The notes beneath the pieces were generated by a model, which searched no databases, was not told where the DNA came from, and saw only the letters and a list, made by a program, of their open reading frames with translations. Below, piece by piece: positions 41,618 through 51,875 of a stretch of DNA of 64,000 bases. The stretch is from an uncultured Verrucomicrobiae bacterium (lineage in GTDB: Bacteria; Verrucomicrobiota; Verrucomicrobiia; Opitutales; JABDGR01). How positions within the stretch are numbered: the stretch's first letter is position 1; each line of letters begins with the position of its first letter. The stretch spans positions 1,088,001 to 1,152,000 of the forward strand of contig CAVXVB010000009.1 of the NCBI GenBank assembly GCA_963765205.1, written 5' to 3'. The translations under genes and the position numbers were made by a program.

Positions 41618-42387
41618 TCATGGGCTGCGGTCATAATCCGGGGAGGCCTCACCCCAGTCGTCGTCTTTTTTGTCGTCGTCATACGCGGGTGGTGGGACGG
41701 GCGGTAACGGCGTACGTTTTTCGCGGCGACTTCAATAGCATCAGCGAGATCGCACATCAAACCGATCATGGACTCCAAACGGGCCACTCTTGCGGCATTG
41801 AAAAAATCGCCCCATTCACGATGGCGGATCCAGTCGTTTTCAAGGATAAAATTGCCGATTTTGGCGGAAGGTTGATCAATATTTTCGCGCAATTTAGGCG
41901 TGAGCAAGGTATGCAAGGTTGCGACATCGTTGGCCTGTATGCGCCACTGTTGGTCGAACTCAGCGTCACCAATTTTAATTTCCTGATTACCCAGCAATTC
42001 GCCAATCTTTGTGAAGATTGTTTCCGGCGTCAGAGAGAAGGTGAATGAGTTGGCCTGCGTGGTCACCGCCAATTCCACCCACACTTGTTTCCCCTTTCCG
42101 TGGCCAGTGACATATCTGGAAAACCTCACTGTCCGTCCCCGCAGCTGCCCCTGGATGCCAAATTCCATGGATTCAGCAAACATCTGATTGTTGCATGAGC
42201 GAGCGAGCGACGGAATGCGGCAATCCGGCGTGACCGTGAACCCCAACCGTTCCGCGAGCGCGCGCAGACTTCCCTTTACGCGCGAATATTGCCATAAAGT
42301 GAGCACCCATGCCAAGACCACAATCGCCCCAATAGCCAGCCCGACCTCCCAGCTCGGCGGCTCGCCTCTCGCAGCAATGACAAACAT
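41618..42387 (-). CDS. Membrane-anchored hypothetical protein, frameshift in the A5 run near 41718; paralog of 43824..44510
   Basis: Shifted frame gives the C-terminus KRTPLPPVPPPAYDDDKKDDDWGEASPDYDRSP*. Confidence 0.7.
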
Positions 42388-42447
42388 ATAACAAACTTTC
42401 GCCGCTTTCCTGGGTCATGGCAAGCCCATCCCCGCCAAAGTTTATAA

Positions 42448-42819
42448 TCACTTCCCGGACGTGATCCACCAAGTGTTGCCAAAGGGGTCGAGCACGCCGC
42501 CGGAACGGCCGTAGGGCTGGTCGGCGAGCGGGCTGACTGGCGTCGCGCCCGCGCGCAATGCCCGCGCATAGGTTTCGTCGGCATCCGGCACATAGACAAA
42601 CAGGCCCGCCGGGCGGTGCGGGTATTGCTCGGTGGCATCCGCCAGCATGATCGTGGAGCCGCCGATATTAATCTCGGCGTGCATGATCACGCCGGGCGCG
42701 CGGGGCACGCGCAATTGCTCGACCGCGGTAATCGTTTTTTGAGTGAAGTGGATGAACTTTTCCGCGCCTTCCACGATGAGGTAGGGCATCACGGTTTGAT
42801 AGTGAGGTGGGAGGGGCAT
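42448..42819 (-). CDS. VOC/PhnB-like protein
   Basis: PYL, MHAE..IGGS.IMLAD, DPFGN.WWI. Confidence 0.88.
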   Translation of the reverse strand: MPLPPHYQTVMPYLIVEGAEKFIHFTQKTITAVEQLRVPRAPGVIMHAEINIGGSTIMLADATEQYPHRPAGLFVYVPDADETYARALRAGATPVSPLADQPYGRSGGVLDPFGNTWWITSGK

Positions 42820-42942
42820 GGGAGGATGGATTGGGCCGGTTCCAACCGGCAGTATGGGCGGCAGACGATTTATGAAAGCAAGGCCGCCGATTTTATCAAG
42901 TCCCAACCCATGGGGAAGCCGTTTTGACCGAGTTTGGACTAA

Positions 42943-43824
42943 GAGCTTATCCGTAAATAAAAGTTGTTCGTCTGCAAACAATAAGCGCGCTGGCGAGACA
43001 GAGCAAGGCTTCGTGGGAGGCGGCGGTTTTCTCAAACCGCACGAGGAGTTTGCGGTAGCGGTTGAGCCAGGAAGCGGTGCGTTCCACCACCCAGCGACGG
43101 GCTTGGCCGGTGGATCGGCGCGGGGCTGGTTTGGCTCCGCGGGCAGGCACATGCGGACGGTAGCCGTATTGGCGCATGGTGCGCAGGCCCGGTTTCCCCC
43201 AGTAACCCTTGTCGGCACACAAATGGGCCGTGCGCCGGTCGTGGCGCTGGCGCAACGTGCGGCGCACCAGCGTCACGTCGTGTTCATTGGCCCCGGCGAC
43301 GATGAGCGACAGCGGGACGCCACGGGCGTCCACCAGCACGCTGCGCTTGCTCCCATTTTTTTCCCCGGTCGGTGGGGTTGGCTCCCACCGCTTCGCGCGC
43401 CAGAGGGGCCTTGACCAGGGAGCCATCGATGCTTTGCCACCGCCACGCGATGCCCTCCAATTCATCGTAGTCGGCCAGACCGGCCCGCCACAACGCCTCG
43501 AAGAATCCGGCGGCGTGCCACTGCTGAAAGTATTTGTGCACGGAACTGGCGCTGCCATACCGGGCCTTGGACAGCGCTTTCCACTGGCAACCCGTGCGCA
43601 GCACGTAAACCACCGCCTCGAAGATGCGTCGAGGCGCGAGGGCCTTGCGGCCCGCGCCTGCGGCGCGACGGTAGCGCCCGCCCGCCTTCCGGCCGGCGCG
43701 CGCGGGAACCAAAGGCTCGACTTTGGCCCAGAATTCATCAGAGATTTCCCAGGAGGATAGTCGCGGCATCCCCGCAGTTTATCCCGCCGCCTTCTCAACG
43801 CAATCCTTATTTACGGATAAGCTC
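42943..43824 (-). mobile_element. IS5-family insertion sequence (IS427/IS1031-like), 882 bp, two-ORF transposase joined by a -1 frameshift
   Basis: 18-bp TIR gagcttatccgtaaataa; TAA target duplication; LRTGCQW, IDG, ADKGY and RW.VERT motifs; slippery GGGGAAAAAAA at 43356-43366. Confidence 0.95.
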
Positions 43825-44510
43825 TAAGCCTTATCGGCGATGGCTTCGATGGCATCGGCCAGGTCGGACATCAGCGGAAGCATGCTCTCATACCGCCCTA
43901 TTCGTTTGGCGTTGGGATAGGTGATGAAGTTGCCCCATTCGCGATAACGCAGCCAGCCGAATTCAAGGCAAAATTCCGCGATATAGGCCAGCGATTCGTC
44001 TATTTCTTTGCGCAATCCGGGTTTCAACAACGTTTTCATCTTATTGGCGTCGTTTGTGAGGATGCGTAAACGTCGGTCAAGCTCCTCGTCCCCAATCTTG
44101 ATTCTGAGACCAGCACGCGATTCTGTCACATTCGCGGAAATGTTGTTCTGATGAATACAGAAGGTGAATTCGTTGGCCCGCACGGCCACCGCCATTTCCA
44201 TCCAGTAATTATTGCCCCTAGCCTTAGGCGTGGTGAATACGGAAAATCGAACCTGTTTGCCTCGCAACTGCCCGGTGATGCCTACCTCATTTGGCAAATC
44301 GCCATTATTGAAAAGTCCATCGAAAATCCGCGTTTTGCACGACCGCTTGATGCCAGGAATGCGAACATCCGGTGTGGTAGAAAAGCCCAATCGGCCTGCC
44401 AACGCGCGTAAGTTTTTCTTCGTGCGCAACTTTTGCACGAATACAATTCCAACAAACGCCATGATCAGAAGCAAAATCAAAGCCATGATTTTGTTTATGG
44501 CCATAATCAT
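43824..44510 (-). CDS. Membrane-anchored hypothetical protein, paralog of 41618..42387
   Basis: Shared LRALA.RLGF..TPD.RIP, GQLRG..VRFS, IGD.E.D, REWG.F and DLADAIE. Confidence 0.75.
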   Translation of the reverse strand: MIMAINKIMALILLLIMAFVGIVFVQKLRTKKNLRALAGRLGFSTTPDVRIPGIKRSCKTRIFDGLFNNGDLPNEVGITGQLRGKQVRFSVFTTPKARGNNYWMEMAVAVRANEFTFCIHQNNISANVTESRAGLRIKIGDEELDRRLRILTNDANKMKTLLKPGLRKEIDESLAYIAEFCLEFGWLRYREWGNFITYPNAKRIGRYESMLPLMSDLADAIEAIADKA

Positions 44511-44570
44511 CCAGAAGGCAAACTAATCACCATCCACATTCAGAGAATGCCATTTCGACCTATCACTGGC

Positions 44571-44957
44571 CTAACGCGCCTCCCACAAAATCAGTCCAAA
44601 TCGAATGGCCATCAGCACGAGCAAAATGACATAGGGCCAATGCCGGCTTTCGAACAATGGCCTGCGGTTGGCCGCTTTGTATATGTTGACCTGTTGCTCT
44701 TCGATAAAGGCCCGGCCCGTGTTCGTCAGGGTGGGATAAAAATTGCCTTCGTGCTCCTGCACTTCGGCCAATTTTTCCGAAATCACCAGGCCCCAGCCCT
44801 GCAAAAAATCCAGTTCCTGCCAGTGATGCCGCTGGATTAATTGCTTGGTCAGCACCCCGAGGGGCCGACGCCCGCGCACATCCGCGGGGTTGCGGTTTTG
44901 TTCCGCATCCACAGCCACCAGGATGATTAACGCAACCTCTTCGCTGGAAAGAGCCAT
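44571..44957 (-). CDS. Hypothetical protein with a C-terminal TM helix
   Basis: ORF with an LT..G..F segment and a hydrophobic tail. Confidence 0.55.
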   Translation of the reverse strand: MALSSEEVALIILVAVDAEQNRNPADVRGRRPLGVLTKQLIQRHHWQELDFLQGWGLVISEKLAEVQEHEGNFYPTLTNTGRAFIEEQQVNIYKAANRRPLFESRHWPYVILLVLMAIRFGLILWEAR

Positions 44958-45062
44958 AAAGTCCTCGCAGAGGATTGATATGGGTTACTCTACCCGATTG
45001 CAACCTCGTCTGCGACATGACCTCCGCCATTCCCATGACCTCGCGTCCATTCATCGTTCCCT

Positions 45063-45662
45063 TCAATGCACATAGGCGAGCGACTGGGCGACGCGGGCGA
45101 CCTGGGGCAGGCCGTCGAGCAGATCGGCGATGGCGTCCCACTTGCCGTTGACGAGGGCCATGTGCGCCGAGTCGGGCAGGCAGGCCGCGTAAGTTTTCCC
45201 CGCGCAGGTGACCAACTTGTTTTGCACGTCCACCAGGATTTCGGCGGCGGAATTTTTTTCGATCAGCGCGGCCAGGGCCAGCAAATCGGCGCGGGCCAGC
45301 TTCAGGCAGGGCATCCCGAGCGTGATCGAGTTGCCGAAGAAAATCTCCGCGAAACTTTCCGCGAGAATCGCGCGGAAGCCAAAACGATAGAGGGACTGCG
45401 GGGCGTGCTCGCGCGAGGAGCCGCAGCCGAAGTTCGAGCCGCTGAGCAGGATGCTCGCGCCCCGGAAGCGCGGGTCGTTGAGCGGGTGCGGCTTGTCCGA
45501 GCCGTCGGCGTTTTTGCGCTCGTCGTAGAAGGCGAATTCGCCGAGGCCGTCGAAGGTGACGCACTTCATGAACCGCGCCGGGATGATGCGATCCGTGTCA
45601 ATATCGGCGCCGGGCACGAACACGCCACGGCCGGTGACGGAGGTGATTTTGGAGAGGGACAT
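45063..45662 (-). CDS. leuD: 3-isopropylmalate dehydratase small subunit
   Basis: IDTDRIIP, NFGCGSSREHA, SFAEIFFGN. Confidence 0.96.
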   Translation of the reverse strand: MSLSKITSVTGRGVFVPGADIDTDRIIPARFMKCVTFDGLGEFAFYDERKNADGSDKPHPLNDPRFRGASILLSGSNFGCGSSREHAPQSLYRFGFRAILAESFAEIFFGNSITLGMPCLKLARADLLALAALIEKNSAAEILVDVQNKLVTCAGKTYAACLPDSAHMALVNGKWDAIADLLDGLPQVARVAQSLAYVH

Positions 45663-45754
45663 GGGAGGGAAATTTATGATTTCAGATTTATGATTTATGA
45701 AATGATCGCCGCAAACCGAATGGCGAAATTACTTTTTTTCATAAATCTTAATTC

Positions 45755-47161
45755 CTAATTCTTAAATACTTCTCTGGCGTCACTGATGACGCCGGTGACG
45801 GCGGCGGCGGCGACCATGGCGGGGCTCATCAAGATCGTGCGGCCGGTCGGGCTGCCTTGGCGGCCTTTGAAATTGCGGTTGCTCGAACTGGCGCACAATT
45901 GGTCGCCGACGAGTTTGTCCGGGTTCATGGCCAGGCACATCGAGCAGCCCGCGCCACGCCATTCAAAGCCGGCGGCGCGGAACGTGTCCGCCAGGCCCAT
46001 TTCCTCGGCGAGTTTGCTCACGCCCTGCGAGCCGGGCACGACGATGGCCTTGACGCCGGCCTTGACGTGGTGGCCCTTCACCAGTCGCGCGACTTCCTGC
46101 AAATCCGAGAGGCGCCCGTTGGTGCAACTGCCCAAAAACACGACGTCCACCTTGGTGCCCTTGATGGGCTGGCCGGGCGAGAGTTTCATGTGCGTGAAGG
46201 CCTCGCGCGCGGTGGCGCGGTCTTTTTCCGGCAGCGAATCCGGCTCGGGCAATTTTTCGTGGATGAACACGGCCTGGCCGGGATTGATGCCCCACGTCAC
46301 CGTCGGGCTGATATCTTCGGCGCGGATGTTGACGACTTTGTCGTAGGCGCAGCCCGCGTCGGAGGCCGTGGCACGCCAGCGGAGGACGGCCGCGTCCCAG
46401 TCCGCGCCCTTGGGGCAATAAGGCCGGCCCTTCAGGTAGGCGAACGTGGTCTCGTCGGGGTTCACATAGCCGCAGCGCGCGCCGCCTTCGATGGACATGT
46501 TGCACACCGTCATGCGTTCTTCCATGGTGAAGCGGTCGAAGACCTCGCCGCCGTATTCGTAGGCGAAGCCCAGGCCGCCGTTGACACCCAGCAGGCGGAT
46601 GATGTGCAGAATCACGTCCTTCGCGTAGACGCCGCGGCCGAGTTTTCCGCCCACATTGATGCGGCAGACCTTCATTTTGTCCAACGCCATCGTCTGCGTG
46701 GCGAGCACGTCGCGCACCTGGCTGGTGCCGATGCCGAAGGCGATCGCGCCGAACGCGCCGTGGGTGGAGGTGTGCGAGTCGCCGCACGCGATGGTCGTGC
46801 CCGGCTGGGTGATGCCCTGCTCGGGGCCGACGATGTGGATGATGCCCTGGTGGCCGCTATTGAGGTCGAAGAACGTGATGCCGCAATCGCGGCAGTTCTT
46901 GCGCAAATCCTTGATCATCGCGTCGGCCAGCGGGTCGGAAAACGGCTCGGCGCGCTCGTCGGTCGGGACAATGTGGTCCACGGTCGCGAAGGTGCGCTTG
47001 GGGTAGAGCACCTTCAGGCCGAGGTCGCGCATCATGCCAAAGGCCTGCGGGCTGGTCACCTCATGGATGAGGTGGGTGCCGATGAATAACTGCGTCTGCC
47101 CGTTCGGCAGCGTGCGAACGGCGTGCGCGTCCCAAACTTTTTCGAAAAGACTTTTGACCAT
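45755..47161 (-). CDS. leuC: 3-isopropylmalate dehydratase large subunit
   Basis: [32 protein letters not shown]. Confidence 0.97.
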   Translation of the reverse strand: MVKSLFEKVWDAHAVRTLPNGQTQLFIGTHLIHEVTSPQAFGMMRDLGLKVLYPKRTFATVDHIVPTDERAEPFSDPLADAMIKDLRKNCRDCGITFFDLNSGHQGIIHIVGPEQGITQPGTTIACGDSHTSTHGAFGAIAFGIGTSQVRDVLATQTMALDKMKVCRINVGGKLGRGVYAKDVILHIIRLLGVNGGLGFAYEYGGEVFDRFTMEERMTVCNMSIEGGARCGYVNPDETTFAYLKGRPYCPKGADWDAAVLRWRATASDAGCAYDKVVNIRAEDISPTVTWGINPGQAVFIHEKLPEPDSLPEKDRATAREAFTHMKLSPGQPIKGTKVDVVFLGSCTNGRLSDLQEVARLVKGHHVKAGVKAIVVPGSQGVSKLAEEMGLADTFRAAGFEWRGAGCSMCLAMNPDKLVGDQLCASSSNRNFKGRQGSPTGRTILMSPAMVAAAAVTGVISDAREVFKN

Positions 47162-47338
47162 GGCGATTGCGGTGGAAAAGGGTGATTGATGCCACTCAAT
47201 TTAGCCCCGCATTTCCGCCCGGTCAAGTCTTTATTCTCAATTTAGTCTCAATTGGGGCGACTCTAAATATTCACCGCAAAGGAGCAAAGAATGCGAAAAA
47301 GAACCTGGAGGTCATATTCTGCTCTTCGCATTTTACCA

Positions 47339-48433
47339 TCACTCTTTGGCCTCTTTGAACTCCTCAAGCTTCCAGCGGGGTTGGCCGCAGGCGGCGGCGA
47401 TTTCGTCGAAGGCGGCGATTTCCGCGGCGGAGAAGAGCAGACCGCCGAAGCGCGCGCATTTCGCGGCGGCCTGGGCTTCCAACTGGCCGGGGACGAGGCA
47501 GTTTTCGTTGCCGCCGGCGAGGATGTCGCGCAGCACGGCCTTGACGTTCGCCGCCTGCGAGCGGCCGCCGGCAAACGCGCCCGCGGACATCGCCTCGGGA
47601 TGGATGACCTGGAAAAAGAAACAGGGGGTGTTCTTTTCGCCGGGGCTGAAGGCGCGGCAGCGAAGCGTGGGCAGCGAGCCGCCGATGAACGCGGCGACGA
47701 TTTCGTTGATGAGCGAAAGGCCGTAGCCTTTGTGCTGGCCGAAGGGCAGCAGCGCCGCGACCTTGGCCGGGTCGGTCGTGACTTTGCCGTCCTTGTCCAC
47801 GGCGGCGTCGGGCGGGAGTTGCTTGCCTTCGCGCAACAATTGTTGCACGCGGCCCATCGCGACGACGGACGTGGCCCAGTCCACCACGATGGGAAAGCCG
47901 AGCGCCTCGGTGGTCGGGAAGCCCCATGAGTGCGGGTTGGTGCCGAGCGTCGCCCGTCGGCCGCCGAACGGGACGACTTCGGCGAGCGCGGCGGTGCAGT
48001 TGGTGTAGGCGAGGTAGCCGCGTTGGGCGGCCTCCATCACGTAGCCGCCGCCCCAGAGATAATGAAAGGCGTTGTCCACCGAGACCTGGCCGACGCCGTA
48101 TTTATCGGCGAGGGCGATGCACGTCTCAATGGCCTCGACCGCGACGGCTTGGCCAAGCTTTTTATTCGCGTTCCAAATTTCCGCGGCGGCGAAGCGGCTG
48201 GGGATTTTCTCGACCTGCGCGCCGGGGACGCAACCGCCCGCGCCGGAGCCGAAATGGTCGTCGAGGTGAAGGGCCTTGAGGCCGTTGTGCGTGCGGATGC
48301 CGTGGCGCGACGCGTTCTCGGCGACGCGGGTGGCGGCGGCGGCCTCGGCGGCGGTGTAGCCGCGCTTTTGGTAGGCGGCGGCGAGGGTGGCGTTGTGGCG
48401 CGCGGGGGGGACGACGTGGAAGGTTTCAGGCAT
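47339..48433 (-). CDS. Ldh_2 (malate/L-lactate/ureidoglycolate-type) oxidoreductase
   Basis: G..TH, V.PFGG....LGTNP, D.ATS, HKGYGL. Confidence 0.88.
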   Translation of the reverse strand: MPETFHVVPPARHNATLAAAYQKRGYTAAEAAAATRVAENASRHGIRTHNGLKALHLDDHFGSGAGGCVPGAQVEKIPSRFAAAEIWNANKKLGQAVAVEAIETCIALADKYGVGQVSVDNAFHYLWGGGYVMEAAQRGYLAYTNCTAALAEVVPFGGRRATLGTNPHSWGFPTTEALGFPIVVDWATSVVAMGRVQQLLREGKQLPPDAAVDKDGKVTTDPAKVAALLPFGQHKGYGLSLINEIVAAFIGGSLPTLRCRAFSPGEKNTPCFFFQVIHPEAMSAGAFAGGRSQAANVKAVLRDILAGGNENCLVPGQLEAQAAAKCARFGGLLFSAAEIAAFDEIAAACGQPRWKLEEFKEAKE

Positions 48434-48488
48434 GAATGGAAAATGGAAGATGTAAAATGGAAAAGAGAAAACCAAGACTGCCGATAAA

Positions 48489-49466
48489 TCAACGCGGCAG
48501 GGGGATGGGGACTTGGTTGACTTGCGCGAGGGGTTTTTTGCCGCGGAGGGCGAGGAGGAGGTTCTCGACCGCCATGCCGGCCTGGCGCTGGACGCTTTCG
48601 TAGGTGCGCGAGGCGACGTGCGGCGTGATGACGCAATTTTTCGCCTTGAGCAGCGGGTGGTCGGCGGGCGGCGGCTCGACATCCAGCACGTCCGCGCCGT
48701 AGCCACCGAGCTGGCCGCTCTCGAGCGCGGCGAGGAGCGCGGCGTTGGACACGAGTTCCCCGCGGCCGCAATTGATGAGCAGCGCGCCTTTTTTCATCAG
48801 CGTCAGGGAACGCGGGTTGATCATTTCCTGCGTCTCGGGCGTGAGGTTGGTGTGCAGCGAAACAACGTCGGAGGCCTTGAGCAAATCGTCGAGGCTCGGG
48901 GCGCGGCTGACTTCGTAGGTGGTGGCGAATTTTTCGTCCCAATAAACGTCATAGCCGAGGGGGATCATGCCGAAGGCCTGCCCGCGAATCGCCATTTCCT
49001 TGCCGATGCGCCCGAGGCCGACGATGCCGAGGGTCTTGCCGAACAGTTCGTGGCCGGTGAGGCGCTTCCACTGGCCCGCGCGAGTGTAATTGATTTCCTC
49101 GACGAAATGCTTGCTCAGGCACAGCATCAGGCCGAAGCAATGCTCGGCGACGGTGGTGTGGTTGACGCCAGGCGTGAAGGTGATGGGGATGCCGTGCGCG
49201 GTCGCGGCGGCCACGTCAATTTTGTCCACGCCGATGCCGTATTTGGCGATGATGCGCAGGCGCGGCAGGGACTTCTCGATGACGGCGCGGGTGATGGCGT
49301 CGTCACCGCAGAGGAAGGCGTCGAACGAGCCGGCCAGTTCGAGCATTCGCGATTCGGGCAACGGGCCGCGCTCGCAAACGAGTTCGAGGCCGGCGGCGGC
49401 CAGTTTATCGTGGTGCGGACCGGGGGTGTCCTGCAACGAGGTGGTGGTGACCAAAACGCGTATCAT
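48489..49466 (-). CDS. D-2-hydroxyacid dehydrogenase (SerA-like, no ACT domain)
   Basis: G.GVD, VAEH, GLGRIG, IN.GRG, DV...EPP, TPH. Confidence 0.9.
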   Translation of the reverse strand: MIRVLVTTTSLQDTPGPHHDKLAAAGLELVCERGPLPESRMLELAGSFDAFLCGDDAITRAVIEKSLPRLRIIAKYGIGVDKIDVAAATAHGIPITFTPGVNHTTVAEHCFGLMLCLSKHFVEEINYTRAGQWKRLTGHELFGKTLGIVGLGRIGKEMAIRGQAFGMIPLGYDVYWDEKFATTYEVSRAPSLDDLLKASDVVSLHTNLTPETQEMINPRSLTLMKKGALLINCGRGELVSNAALLAALESGQLGGYGADVLDVEPPPADHPLLKAKNCVITPHVASRTYESVQRQAGMAVENLLLALRGKKPLAQVNQVPIPLPR

Positions 49467-49674
49467 GGAAGAAGGGAAAGGGTTTCACGATAGGCGGCGA
49501 AACGAACGAGGCAAGGCCAAAGCCGTGCGGCAACAGAGGCTGGCCGGTTGGCTGGTTTTGCTACCGCGGAGTTTCGATTTAGGCGCATTTTTCCCCCGAT
49601 TTTTAATTTTGCCTTTTGCGTTACAGATTCTACCTTCTACCTTTCACCTCCTACCTCCCCCTTCTCTCCCCTCC

Positions 49675-50938
49675 ATGTCCCTCCCCACTCCCGTCACCCT
49701 CTGGCTTGAACAAATCCTTCGGCTTTGGCGACCGGCTCGGCCTCGCCGGTCCCGGCCACATCGCCGCCTTGCGCAAGTATGGCCAGGGCTTTTCCGGCAT
49801 CTTTGCCCAGCAGTCCATCCGCGAGATGACGCGCACGCAGCGCAGCCCGGAGGAAGTCATCGCCGCCGCGCAGCGCAGCCTCGCCGCCGCGAACTTCACC
49901 GACCCGTGGGGCGCGGACGCCGACCACCTCAAGACCACCGAGGACATAGACAAGACGGCCGCGGCGGGTTTCACGTTTTTCACGCTCGACCCCTCGCCCT
50001 TCGTCAACAACAAAGCGGACAAACTCGGCAAGGCTGCGCTCGCCGCGGAAGTCGCCGCGCTGCTCAAGGACGGGGTGTTCCCGAAGGGTTTCGACGCGGA
50101 GTATCTGAAAGGCTCGCACGACGCCGGCAAGGACGGCGGCAAATTGAAATTCGAGCGCGAGGGCCTGCACCGCGCCGCAGTGAAATACGGCCGCGCCATC
50201 AAGCAGGTCGCTCTGCTGTCGGCCCATCTGAAAAAAACGGTGAAGCGGCCTTATGAAATCGAGGTTTCCGTGGACGAGACCGACACGCCGACCAAACCGC
50301 TCGAACACCTGTTCTGGGCGCTGGAGCTGCGCCGGCGCAAGGTGAAGCACGTCGTGTCGCTCGCGCCGCGCTTCATCGGCGATTTTGAAAAGGGGATTGA
50401 TTACAAGGGCGACCTGAAGAAGTTCGAGAAGCAGCTCCGCGTCCACGCCGCCATCGCGGAAAAATTCGGGCCGTATAAAATCTCCATCCACTCCGGCTCG
50501 GACAAGTTTTCGATTTATCCGATTATCGGCCGCGTCTGCGGCACGCGCCTGCACCTGAAGACGGCGGGCACGAATTACCTCGAGGCCCTGCGCGTCGTCG
50601 TGCGCGTGGACCCGAAGCTGTTCGGCGAGATTGCCGCGTATGACGCCGGACGCTTTGCCCAAGACAAGCAGAGCTACCATATTTCCGCGACGGACGCGGG
50701 CGTCGCCGCGCTGGCGAAAACCAAGCCCAAGGATTACGAGCGCGTTTACCTGAACGAGACGACCGGGCGCCAGTTGCTCCACGTCACTTTCGGCTCGACG
50801 CTGACGCTGGGAAAAACGGACTCCGGCCGCCTCTTCAAGGACGCGATACTGGAAATCCTGACCAAGCACGCGGACCTGCACTGCGAATTTCTGACCAAAC
50901 ACATCGGGGAGCATTTGCGTCTGTTGAATGCCGGCTAA
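49675..50938 (+). CDS. uxaE: Tagaturonate epimerase, frameshift near 49702
   Basis: FGFGDRLG...PGH, AQQS.RE..RT, GADADH, SVDET, HSGSDKFS, KTAGT. Confidence 0.9.
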
Positions 50939-50942
50939 GAAG

Positions 50943-50977
50943 GGGCAAAGGGACAGAGGGACAAAGGCACAAAGGGA
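50943..50977. repeat. Degenerate octamer array, (ggacaaag/ggacagag)-like x4
   Basis: Inverse of the array at 51401-51500. Confidence 0.8.
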
Positions 50978-51006
50978 AGAAATCCAACTTCACAGGCAAC
51001 AAAGAT

Positions 51007-51378
51007 ATGACCGCTGCCATCAAGACATTCCGCGATTTGCTCGTCTGGCAAAAAGCGATGGCTTTGGTGACGGAGGTCTATCAGGTCAGCCGTCTTTTCC
51101 CAAAAGAAGAAATCTATGGGCTGTCCGGCCAAATGCGGCCTTGCGCGGTTTCCATTCCCTCCAATCTCGCTGAAGGCTACGCCCGGCGTTCGCGCGCGGA
51201 TTATACCCGTTTTGTGCAGATTGCCACCGGCTCACTTTATGAATTGGACACCCAACTCGAAATAGCCATGAACTTGGGTTATCTTTCCAAAGTGCGTTTT
51301 GCTGAAATTCATGAACGCACCCGTGAAATTGAACGGATGCTCTCCAGTCTCCACCAAAAATTGACCCGGCCATCGTAA
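51007..51378 (+). CDS. Four-helix-bundle protein (23S rRNA IVS protein / bAvd-like)
   Basis: FRDL.VWQKAM, FPKEE.YGL..QM...AVSIPSN.AEG, GS..EL.TQL. Confidence 0.93.
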   Translation: MTAAIKTFRDLLVWQKAMALVTEVYQVSRLFPKEEIYGLSGQMRPCAVSIPSNLAEGYARRSRADYTRFVQIATGSLYELDTQLEIAMNLGYLSKVRFAEIHERTREIERMLSSLHQKLTRPS

Positions 51379-51400
51379 CCTGCTAGACCGCAACGAAGTC

Positions 51401-51500
51401 CTCTGTCCCTCTGTCCCTCTGTCCCTCTGTCCCTCTGTCCCTCTGTCCCTCTGTCCCTCTGTCCCTCTGTCCCTCTGTCCCTCTGTCCCTCTGTCCCTCT
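51401..51500. repeat. Perfect tandem octamer (ctctgtcc) x12.5
   Basis: Counted directly. Confidence 0.97.
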
Positions 51501-51506
51501 TCCCCC

Positions 51507-51875
51507 ATGTCCCTCCGCGAACTCGACCCCAACCGCAAACGCGACCCGCAAACGCTGGTCGAGGAGGCCGTGCTAGACTTCACCCTGGGCGACTTGCAAT
51601 CGGCCATCAGAAAAATTAAGGATGCGCTGGCGGCGGACGCGGAATTTTTCCCCGCCCACCACGCGCTCGCGGAAATATATTTCTCCTCGCGCGATTTGCC
51701 GCAGGCCCTGGCCGCCGCGCTTAAGGCGCGCGAGCTGCGCCCGGACGACATCCACATCAACACCTCGCTCTCGCGCATCTACATGGAGATGGGCGACAAG
51801 CCCCAGGCCGAGCACTTCGGCGCGCAAGCCCGGATGCTGGGCTGGAAAGAGGATTTGAAGCAGCCAAGACAATGA
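51507..51875 (+). CDS. TPR protein
   Basis: A...A.EL.P.D......LSRIY...G pattern. Confidence 0.8.
   Translation: MSLRELDPNRKRDPQTLVEEAVLDFTLGDLQSAIRKIKDALAADAEFFPAHHALAEIYFSSRDLPQALAAALKARELRPDDIHINTSLSRIYMEMGDKPQAEHFGAQARMLGWKEDLKQPRQ

Noticed and set aside
41164..42387. 407-aa ORF overlapping fabF
   Set aside because: Read-through caused by a frameshift near 41718; the likely true stop is at 41618
43284..43798. IS5 transposase as a pseudogene
   Set aside because: The split at a G4A7 slippery site is typical of programmed frameshifting in this IS group
51007..51378. Diversity-generating retroelement (Avd-like gene)
   Set aside because: No reverse transcriptase and no TR/VR pair seen
51401..51500. 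Possible CRISPR array
   Set aside because: Tandem octamer with no spacers; no cas genes in the window
51383..51778. ORFs encoding GTEGQRDR peptide repeats
   Set aside because: Translations of the octamer VNTR, antisense to the TPR gene
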